From NCBI GenBank assembly GCA_043797085.1, contig JAZDQA010000013.1, positions 160,001-224,000 of the forward strand: DNA of 64,000 bases. Reading direction: 5' to 3'. The position numbers and the translations under genes were made by a program. How positions within the stretch are numbered: the stretch's first letter is position 1; each line of letters opens with the position of its first letter. This stretch comes from Pseudomonadota bacterium. GTDB lineage: Bacteria > Campylobacterota > Campylobacteria > Campylobacterales > Sulfurimonadaceae. Positions 9,921-17,424 of this stretch are shown in pieces. The notes below the pieces were generated by a model. It did no database searches. It was not told where the DNA came from and was given only the letters and a program-made list of their open reading frames with translations.

Positions 9921-9943
9921 TTGGCAATTAATTAAGGAATATT

Positions 9944-11122
9944 ATGAAAAGCCTCTTTGACGATTCCATCGCCACCCGATATCAAAACGATCCACTGGCA
10001 GTACGGGTCTACACCTCTCAATTACTGGGTCAAAACAAAGACTTAGTCTTGCATGGAGGGGGAAATACTTCCGTAAAAATCGATGGTGTACTGTACGTTA
10101 AAGGAAGCGGATGGAATCTCGACACCATTGAAAAAGAAGGATTTTCTCCCGTTGATTTAGCCACACTCATAGAGATGGCCTCTCGTGACACTCTAACTGA
10201 TACTCAAATGGTCAAAGAGCAACGCGCCGCAATGAGCGATCAAAGCTTTCCAAACCCTTCTATCGAAGCAATACTTCATGCCATCATCCCGTTCACCTTC
10301 GTCGATCACACTCATGCCGATGCCGTTGTCACTCTAAGCAATACCCCTAACGGAAAAGAAATACTCGAAGAGCTTTATGGTGAGAACATGGTTATTATTG
10401 ACTATGTGATGCCGGGATTTGAACTGGCACGTCATATTTATTTACAAACTTTAGATCTAAATTGGAAAAATATTGAGGGAATTATTTTACTCAATCACGG
10501 TGTCTTTACTTTTGATAATGATGCCAAAAAAGCATATGAAAAGATGATAACACTTGTCACAAAAGCTGAAGATTACTTACAACAAAATGTCACTTTTCTT
10601 TCTAATACGAGCAAGGGAAATATCGACGTGGAGATTATTCGGTCATTAGTTCACGAAGTCGGCGTACTGCGCGGGTGTGATATTTTTCCCATCTTTTTGG
10701 ATTCCGACCAAGCCAAAGCACTCAGCACTCGCCCCAATTTAGAGCGACTCATCAAACAAGGCGAACTCACCCCTGAACACGTCATTCGCATCAAGCCTTT
10801 TCCTGCTATTATTAATACCGATTGTGCAAAAGGGATAGAAATATTTAAAACCGAGTATCAGAATTATTTTGATAAAAACAGCAATGCTAACCATATCTGT
10901 CTCGATCTGGCTCCTCGCTATGCGATTGTTAAAGGATTGGGGGCAGTTGCGCTGGGTAAAGATGAGAAAGAGTCTCGAATCATCGCCGATATCGTAGAGC
11001 ATACCATTACTGCAATTTTAAGTGCCGAACAGCTTGGAGCATGGACGTCTCTTAGTCTTGCACAGATGTTTGAGATGGAGTATTGGGAATTAGAGCAAAT
11101 CAAATTAAAGAACGCCAAATGA
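9944..11122 (+). CDS. Class II aldolase/adducin family protein (aldolase part of RhaEW/YuxG-like proteins, no SDR domain)
   Basis: LVLHGGGNTSVK, VKGSG, PSIEAILH, DHTHADA, LLNHG, EYWELEQ. Confidence 0.9.
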   Translation: MKSLFDDSIATRYQNDPLAVRVYTSQLLGQNKDLVLHGGGNTSVKIDGVLYVKGSGWNLDTIEKEGFSPVDLATLIEMASRDTLTDTQMVKEQRAAMSDQSFPNPSIEAILHAIIPFTFVDHTHADAVVTLSNTPNGKEILEELYGENMVIIDYVMPGFELARHIYLQTLDLNWKNIEGIILLNHGVFTFDNDAKKAYEKMITLVTKAEDYLQQNVTFLSNTSKGNIDVEIIRSLVHEVGVLRGCDIFPIFLDSDQAKALSTRPNLERLIKQGELTPEHVIRIKPFPAIINTDCAKGIEIFKTEYQNYFDKNSNANHICLDLAPRYAIVKGLGAVALGKDEKESRIIADIVEHTITAILSAEQLGAWTSLSLAQMFEMEYWELEQIKLKNAK

Positions 11123-11208
11123 GCAAAGCCCATTCGGCTACGCTCGCCGCTATGGCACTAAAGCTTGCCTCTGTCGAGGCAGATTAAATTACTGTACAAA
11201 GGAAAAAA

Positions 11209-11514
11209 ATGAAAATAACCAAAAAAGTAACTTTTATCGCTAAAGAGGAGCATATTTCTACGGTCAAAAAACTTCTAGAAGACATGGTAGCCCCTTCACT
11301 CAAAGAGCCTGGCTGTCTCTTTTATTACATCTTCCAATCTCAAAACAACCCGAAGAAATTCTTTGCCGTTGAGTCATGGGAAAATAACGAAGCACTTGAG
11401 GGGCATAAGCACACGGAGCATTATGCATACTATAAATCGCACTATGAACCATTTGTTGAGAATAAGTATACAGAAGATTTGGAACTTTTAGATGAAGAGG
11501 TGTATGGGTTTTAA
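11209..11514 (+). CDS. ABM-family protein, LsrG-like (putative phospho-DPD isomerase) or quinol monooxygenase
   Basis: SLKEPGCLFY, F..VESW, ALEGHKHTEHY; AAAGGA RBS; context of lsrK and luxS. Confidence 0.75.
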   Translation: MKITKKVTFIAKEEHISTVKKLLEDMVAPSLKEPGCLFYYIFQSQNNPKKFFAVESWENNEALEGHKHTEHYAYYKSHYEPFVENKYTEDLELLDEEVYGF

Positions 11515-13043
11515 ACTCCCGGAGCCTTCCACATAGGTTCTAACGTACTGTCACGGACAAGCTCCATCTGTTTGGCATAAACTCGTACCCATTTCTCTTT
11601 AACTTCTTGATAGGCATGAAAATTGGATTGATTTGGTTCATAACAACGCTCTATTTTTACAATATTTTGACCTGCTTCGTCAAAGCTTTTATAAATCCCT
11701 GCACCTATCCCGCACGCCATCGCTACACCCAATGCGGTGGCTTCTTTTACCACAGGGACTTTTACTTCCAATCCCGTAACATCGGCTAAAATCTGTGACC
11801 ATAACGCTCCATTTGACGCACCGCTTGCGAAGGTAAGCTGCGTTGGGGAAACACCGCTAAAGGCTTTTATGTTGTCAAGATTGATGGCACTTACGATGCA
11901 CGCATTTTCTTCCAACGCTCGAAACATGGAACCGATATTGTATTTGCTGCTGTCTAATCCAAGCCCAATAAACGATGGTGATGCGTGTATCCACTCTCCA
12001 TACTTCATGCTGTCGCTAAAAACAGGGATAATTCCATACGAACCGACGGGAATCTGTGATGCTAACGCTTCGAGCTGCGCGTAGCTTTTACCGCCACCTA
12101 ACGCATCTCGAAACCATCGCATCACAAGACCTGTAAAAAAAGTAATTCCCTCTGCTTGACTCATATCACGTACAACATGAGGATTTACACGCAATAGCAT
12201 ATCTCCTGAAAGTACTGTGTCTGAGGGTATATTGACCACTTGCTGCCAAAAACTTCCCCCTAACACAACCGCATCACCCAACTTATTTGCCCGAAGTCCT
12301 GCCGTACCGATTTGAACGTCACCACCCCCCATAACTACCAGAGTTTCAGGGCTTAAACCTGTCTCGTTGGAGGCTTGAAGGCTTATTTTTCCTAGAATAT
12401 CACCGCTTTCCAAGATAGGCACAAACAAATCTTTTAATCCGCATTGGCTGAACTGTTGCTTATCCCAATCACGATTTTTGAGATTAAACGCCCCTGCCGT
12501 CCCTGCATTGGAAGGCTCACTTGCTAATTCCCCACTGAGTTTAAACAGTATCCAGTCACTTATCATCGTAAAATAAGTTGCTTTTTCATACAAAGACAGC
12601 TGATTGTTTTTTAACCATAAAAGTCTTGGAGCTGCAGAAAGAGCAAATGTTTGCCCGCTTGATTGATAGAATTCTCTTTCCATATCAGGGTACGTATTTT
12701 TTAGAGTGCCAACTTCTAATCCAGAGCGACTATCGACATTTGCTACACCCCAAAGCTCATTCTTATCCTTATCATAAACGATAACTCCCTCACGCATGCT
12801 CGAAGCGGATAGCGCAATTATCTCTTTAGCATTTATCCCTGCTTTTACAACAACTTCTTTTATGCATTGTTTTGCCAATTCCCATCCATGGATAAAATCA
12901 AAGCCCATCGACCCTGCAATATTCTCTGACGCAATATGATTCCATTCATGTTGTGCAATCTCGATTTGATTTCCCAGCGTATCAAAAATGACAGCACGGA
13001 CACTTCCGGTTCCTGCATCTATACTTAAAAGATATTGCTTCAT
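11511..13043 (-). CDS. lsrK: Autoinducer-2 kinase
   Basis: LsrK-specific motifs over the full length: DAGTGSVRAVIFD, SMREG, ANVD.R, GQT.ALSA.PRLLWL, PSNAGT, GGGDVQ, FWQQVVN, RVNPHV, FRALEENA, terminal WKAPG. Confidence 0.93.
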   Translation of the reverse strand: MKQYLLSIDAGTGSVRAVIFDTLGNQIEIAQHEWNHIASENIAGSMGFDFIHGWELAKQCIKEVVVKAGINAKEIIALSASSMREGVIVYDKDKNELWGVANVDSRSGLEVGTLKNTYPDMEREFYQSSGQTFALSAAPRLLWLKNNQLSLYEKATYFTMISDWILFKLSGELASEPSNAGTAGAFNLKNRDWDKQQFSQCGLKDLFVPILESGDILGKISLQASNETGLSPETLVVMGGGDVQIGTAGLRANKLGDAVVLGGSFWQQVVNIPSDTVLSGDMLLRVNPHVVRDMSQAEGITFFTGLVMRWFRDALGGGKSYAQLEALASQIPVGSYGIIPVFSDSMKYGEWIHASPSFIGLGLDSSKYNIGSMFRALEENACIVSAINLDNIKAFSGVSPTQLTFASGASNGALWSQILADVTGLEVKVPVVKEATALGVAMACGIGAGIYKSFDEAGQNIVKIERCYEPNQSNFHAYQEVKEKWVRVYAKQMELVRDSTLEPMWKAPGV

Positions 13044-13264
13044 TTCATCTCTTTCATATTCACATCAAATTTCAATGAACTATTTTTAGTATTTTTTTGA
13101 TCAATCGACTTGATTTCCACATTACAAATACTGTCTTTAAGATTTTCTGCAAGAATCAGTAATTCTTCATGAGTATCGCGTATTGCAATTCCACGTGCAG
13201 AACATCCGACGACTCCACGGTTATTATAGGTCATTCTGTACATATAGTTCATTATCCAATACAT
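13040..13264 (-). CDS. Small hypothetical protein coupled to lsrK
   Basis: 74-aa ORF with ATGA overlap on the lsrK start; TACCAT -10 about 9 nt upstream; no clear RBS. Confidence 0.45.
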   Translation of the reverse strand: MYWIMNYMYRMTYNNRGVVGCSARGIAIRDTHEELLILAENLKDSICNVEIKSIDQKNTKNSSLKFDVNMKEMK

Positions 13265-13304
13265 TTATTAGTAATGGTAAAGCAAAGAAGATTCCAAGGA
13301 TTGA

Positions 13305-13338
13305 ATAAAAAGAAAGTGCAAGCGTTAAAAGCGCTTGC
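13305..13338 (-). terminator. Intrinsic terminator
   Basis: GCAAGCG-N7-CGCTTGC (13318-13338) followed on the minus strand by ACTTTCTTTTT. Confidence 0.7.
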
Positions 13339-13398
13339 TGATTACGCTAAAAATGCATATGTTATTTATTTTAATTCGATTAATGTATTAGTGAAATG

Positions 13399-13425
13399 TT
13401 ATCGACAGTTCGTAAACTGATTTAA
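13399..13425 (-). promoter_or_regulatory. Sigma28 (FliA)-like promoter
   Basis: Minus strand TTAA-N15-GTCGATAA. Confidence 0.45.
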
Positions 13426-13452
13426 GAAATACTATTTGAGGAGGGAATAAGG

Positions 13453-13477
13453 ACAATCTCTCAAAAGAGAGAATTGT
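13453..13477 (-). terminator. Putative terminator of the por operon
   Basis: ACAAT-CTCTC-AAAA-GAGAG-A-ATTGT hairpin just after the porB stop; weak U tract. Confidence 0.55.
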
Positions 13478-13483
13478 GAAAAA

Positions 13484-14443
13484 TTATACGCGCGCTTCTT
13501 CACGACGTTGGAGCTGTTCCCATTTCAAATCGACACGTGTTTGCCACTCATCGATAAGATATTCGTATTGCTTAGTGAAAAGGTGTTTGAAACGCCCTTG
13601 AGCACCTAAATAATCACGAACCGGGATAATATTTTTCGGACGATACGTGATGTTTAACTCTGTACCGTTAATGATTTCATACAACGGGAATACCAAAGAA
13701 TCGGTAGCAAGATCGGTAATAGCGATCGTATCTTCCGGTGCAAATTTCCACTCAGTTGTACAGGCAGAGATAGCATTAATAAATACTGGACCCTCTGCTG
13801 CAAACCCTTTTTGAATTTTTGCGACCATGTCTTTCCATTTACTTGGAGAAACCTGAGCGACGTACGGAGCACCGTGTGCTGCCATGATCGCCATCATGTC
13901 TTTTTTATTGCGCTTTTCACCGTAGCTTACGCGTCCTGCAGGTGTTGTCGTAGCCGATGCACCGATTGGAGTTGAACTTGAGCGCTGTCCACCTGTGTTT
14001 GCATACACTTCATTGTCCAAACAAACGTACATCATGTTATGTCCGCGTTCAAAACAACCTGAAATCCATTGGAATCCGATGTCATAAGTCGCACCATCGC
14101 CACCAAACGCAACAAACTTAGGAGTGCGTTCTGGTTGCTTTAAGCGACCTTTGGTTTTAAGTGCTTTGTACATCGCTTCCGCACCGGCAACTGCAGAAGA
14201 ACCGTTTTCAAATCCGATGTGAATCCAAGATGCATCCCACGAAGTATACGGATAAACCGCCGTACATACTTCCAAACATCCCGTAGAAGCTGCAAGAATC
14301 AAGTCGTCATTTGTAGCATTAAGTACTTCGCGAACAATAATCGAGTGCGCACACCCTGGGCATAAAAGGTTAGCACCCTCAAAGCGATCCGCCGAAGTGG
14401 AAAACTCTTTAAGGTTTTTGATTTTTTTAATTTCTGACATCAT
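13484..14443 (-). CDS. porB: Pyruvate:ferredoxin oxidoreductase beta subunit
   Basis: LCPGC, TGCLEV, GGDGA, DNEVYANTGGQRS (TPP-binding). Confidence 0.95.
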   Translation of the reverse strand: MMSEIKKIKNLKEFSTSADRFEGANLLCPGCAHSIIVREVLNATNDDLILAASTGCLEVCTAVYPYTSWDASWIHIGFENGSSAVAGAEAMYKALKTKGRLKQPERTPKFVAFGGDGATYDIGFQWISGCFERGHNMMYVCLDNEVYANTGGQRSSSTPIGASATTTPAGRVSYGEKRNKKDMMAIMAAHGAPYVAQVSPSKWKDMVAKIQKGFAAEGPVFINAISACTTEWKFAPEDTIAITDLATDSLVFPLYEIINGTELNITYRPKNIIPVRDYLGAQGRFKHLFTKQYEYLIDEWQTRVDLKWEQLQRREEARV

Positions 14444-14450
14444 TCACCCC

Positions 14451-15671
14451 TTAGAAAAATGAAAGCTTCGGTCCACGAAGACCGATGTATTGTTGCAATG
14501 GTGTTGTAGGTTTTCCTGCATCCATATTTGCTTTAAGGTCATTGAAAATGCCCACTAAATGTGCTTTAGTCAAATCACGTCCACCCAATCCATAAATATA
14601 GTTGGTAAGAACTGCTTTGGTATCGGTATTGAAAAGTGAACCTGAAATTTCATTGAAAAGCATACCCATAGTTCCATGAGGACTAGAGCGATCCAGTGTT
14701 CCGATTGCTTTGACATCTTTTAGTACTGCAGCAAGTTGCTCCATTGGCCATGGACGGAAAACACGAATACCGACAACACCCGCTTTAATTCCGGTTGCAC
14801 GTAATTCATTGACAACTTCCATTGCAGTTTCAACCGATGTTCCCATACAAATAACTGCTATTTCAGCGTCATCCATCTGGTGAGTCTCGACTAAATTATA
14901 TCGGCGACCCGTTAATGCTTCAAAAGCATCAAAAGCTGCTTCTAATTTAGGAATAACCGCCGTCATAAGTGCATGCTGCTGACGTGCTTTGTGCTCAAAG
15001 TGCCAATCTTCTTCCGTTTGAACCCCATGAGTTACCGGATGGTCAAGGTCAAGCATATCATTCATAGGCTGGAATTCACCAACGAAGTTAAAACCTTGCT
15101 CATCGGTCATAGTGTGAACACCCTGAGCTGTATGAGAGGTCATAAACCCGTCTTGGTGAACCATTGCAGGAAGACGAACATCGTGATCTTCAGCAACTTT
15201 GAATGCAATAAAATTCAAATCGTACGCGTGCTGAGGGTTATACGCATCAAGCTGAATCCATCCGCTGTCGCGACCCATATACATATCGGAGTGATCGCCA
15301 TTAACGTTCAAGGGAGCACCGATAGCACGGTTAACAACATTAAGAATGATCGGAAGACGCATTCCAGATGCTGAGTACAATGTCTCAACCATCAAAGCAA
15401 AACCTTGTGATGACGTTGCTGTCGCAACACGACCGCCGGCAGCCGATGCACCAATACAACATGACATTGCACCATGTTCAGATTCAGTCATTACAAACTC
15501 ACCGTCAACATAAGCATTCGCGGCAAAACCAGCGTAATTTTCAACAATTGGAGTCGATGGAGTAATCGGGTATGCCGCTACAACATCCACTTGAACTTGG
15601 CGAAGCGCATGGCTCGCCGCCATATTACCATCCCAGACTTCGATGTCTCGTAGTTCCATAGTATCAGCCAT
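14451..15671 (-). CDS. porA: Pyruvate:ferredoxin oxidoreductase alpha subunit
   Basis: AYPITPST, ESEH, TATSSQG, YGLGGRD. Confidence 0.95.
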   Translation of the reverse strand: MADTMELRDIEVWDGNMAASHALRQVQVDVVAAYPITPSTPIVENYAGFAANAYVDGEFVMTESEHGAMSCCIGASAAGGRVATATSSQGFALMVETLYSASGMRLPIILNVVNRAIGAPLNVNGDHSDMYMGRDSGWIQLDAYNPQHAYDLNFIAFKVAEDHDVRLPAMVHQDGFMTSHTAQGVHTMTDEQGFNFVGEFQPMNDMLDLDHPVTHGVQTEEDWHFEHKARQQHALMTAVIPKLEAAFDAFEALTGRRYNLVETHQMDDAEIAVICMGTSVETAMEVVNELRATGIKAGVVGIRVFRPWPMEQLAAVLKDVKAIGTLDRSSPHGTMGMLFNEISGSLFNTDTKAVLTNYIYGLGGRDLTKAHLVGIFNDLKANMDAGKPTTPLQQYIGLRGPKLSFF

Positions 15672-16087
15672 TAGTCTTCCTCTACTTCTGTATCTTTTTC
15701 TTTTTTCTCTTTTTTAGGCCATTGGGCAAGTGCTTCATCTTCATCTTTTTGCTCAGGAAACATCAACAATGATTTCGGATTGGTTGGACATACTTCCACA
15801 CAAATTCCGCATCCTTTACAGTGATCAAAATCGATTCCGACCATCTTTTTATCGCGCGCAATAATCGACATGTCTGGACAATAAACCCAGCAAAACTGGC
15901 AATCAATACAATAGTCTTTGTTAAATAAAGGCTTTTCAATACGCCAATCCGCTACGCTTGCCGTAAACGAACTTGACTTCGAATATGCTCTGTCTTCTGG
16001 CAATGTTGTTGCAATGTTTTGTATCGCTCCATCAAATGTGCGAAGCATAGCGCCAATTTCAAATCCATCCCATCCTGCTTTTTCCAT
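15671..16087 (-). CDS. porD: Pyruvate:ferredoxin oxidoreductase delta subunit (2x4Fe-4S)
   Basis: CIDCQFCWVYCP and CKGCGICVEVCP. Confidence 0.95.
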   Translation of the reverse strand: MEKAGWDGFEIGAMLRTFDGAIQNIATTLPEDRAYSKSSSFTASVADWRIEKPLFNKDYCIDCQFCWVYCPDMSIIARDKKMVGIDFDHCKGCGICVEVCPTNPKSLLMFPEQKDEDEALAQWPKKEKKEKDTEVEED

Positions 16088-16097
16088 TCGGTGATCC

Positions 16098-16655
16098 TTA
16101 CTTTACTTCATCATAAGCGCGTTGAATCGCGATCATGTTGGCGTCAATTATTTTCTGAGGCAGTTTTTTCAATACACGAATCATGTTTTCTTTGAAAAAA
16201 TCCATTTCGTACATACCCGAAACCTTCATCAATGCGCCTAGCATTGGTGTATTGGGGATCGCTTTTCCGATTGTCTCTTGCGAAATTTTAATACAATCAA
16301 CGGTGTATACTTTTTTGCCTTCAAGCTTCGGCTGAGACGCAATAAGCTCTTGGGTACTCAAATGAGTCGTAATGATGTAAACCGTATCCGGCTTTTCAAA
16401 CGCCGTAAAATCAGCAACATAAACCAAAGCTGGATCAATTACCAAAACATAATCCGGAGCCATAAATTTTTCATGATTCATAATGACTTGATCATCTACA
16501 CGATTATACGCTGTCATCGCAGCACCACGTTTTGCAGAACCGTAGAACGCAAACGCCTGTACATGTTTTCCGGTGGTGGATACAACGTCCGCTAAACCTT
16601 TTGCACCCGTTACAGCACCTTGACCGGCGCGACTATGCCATCGAATTTCGAGCAT
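16098..16655 (-). CDS. porC: Pyruvate:ferredoxin oxidoreductase gamma subunit
   Basis: EIRWHSRAGQGAVT, FYGSAKRGA, PNTPMLGA. Confidence 0.93.
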   Translation of the reverse strand: MLEIRWHSRAGQGAVTGAKGLADVVSTTGKHVQAFAFYGSAKRGAAMTAYNRVDDQVIMNHEKFMAPDYVLVIDPALVYVADFTAFEKPDTVYIITTHLSTQELIASQPKLEGKKVYTVDCIKISQETIGKAIPNTPMLGALMKVSGMYEMDFFKENMIRVLKKLPQKIIDANMIAIQRAYDEVK

Positions 16656-16773
16656 GGCTTCTCCCTCTGACTTAAATTTTTAAGCTTGCATTTATCAGTA
16701 GGTGTATTTTATGTAACTTGCTCTTAAATGTAGCTTTTCGCTTTTACACAGCACGAAAACCATGCTAAAAATG

Positions 16774-17424
16774 TTACTTTATCCCTTTTTTTGCGATATG
16801 GCGCACCGCGTTAAGAACATTATCCTGTATAACAAAATCAAATGTTGATAATTGTTCAAAATTATCATACCCACTTAATACACCAATAGCGTCAACACCA
16901 GCACGCACCGAGCACTCTAAATCCAAACGTGTATCACCTATCATCCATACATTTTCTGTATCCGATTTCATCTGTTCTAAAGCCGTTAAAATAGGTTCTG
17001 GATGAGGCTTAGGATTAGCAACATTTTCAAATCCGATCAACACTTCAAAATAATCCATAACCGCGAAATGCTCCATCAACTCTCTCGAATAATGTCCTGT
17101 TTTTGTTGTTACTATCCCAAGTCGTGCAAACTTTGCCGCTTCTTTTATTGCCTCAATCGCATGTGGCAGCATAAATGTTTTTTGACAAGCAATTTCTCTA
17201 TAATAAAGCTTATACGTATTAACATGCACAGCAATTGTCTCATTGGAAATGCCTACACCTGCAAACATTGTCTCTAATGTATGACCTATTTGAGAGGTAA
17301 TCATCTCATCATTAAGTTCATCAATCTCGCCATGCGTACGAATAGAGTGGTAAAAACTCTCTAAAATCGCCTCCGTTGAATCAATCAACGTCCCGTCTAA
17401 ATCAAATAATATTATTTTTTTCAC
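16774..17424 (-). CDS. HAD-family phosphatase (Gph-like)
   Basis: FDLDGTLIDS, KPHPEP, IGDT..D; start moved to GTG 17424 (GTGA overlap). Confidence 0.9.
   Translation of the reverse strand: MKKIILFDLDGTLIDSTEAILESFYHSIRTHGEIDELNDEMITSQIGHTLETMFAGVGISNETIAVHVNTYKLYYREIACQKTFMLPHAIEAIKEAAKFARLGIVTTKTGHYSRELMEHFAVMDYFEVLIGFENVANPKPHPEPILTALEQMKSDTENVWMIGDTRLDLECSVRAGVDAIGVLSGYDNFEQLSTFDFVIQDNVLNAVRHIAKKGIK

Noticed and set aside
9853..9927. N-terminal extension of LuxS in the ORF track
   Set aside because: The conserved MPLLDSF start at 9852 has a good RBS, and the extension runs across the divergent promoter. Similar over-long starts were trimmed for mnmD, the HAD gene, the aminotransferase, moaE, moaD and the ABC exporter.
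13169..13420. 83-aa plus-strand ORF
   Set aside because: No RBS or recognisable motif; it overlaps the 74-aa ORF, terminator and promoter on the opposite strand.
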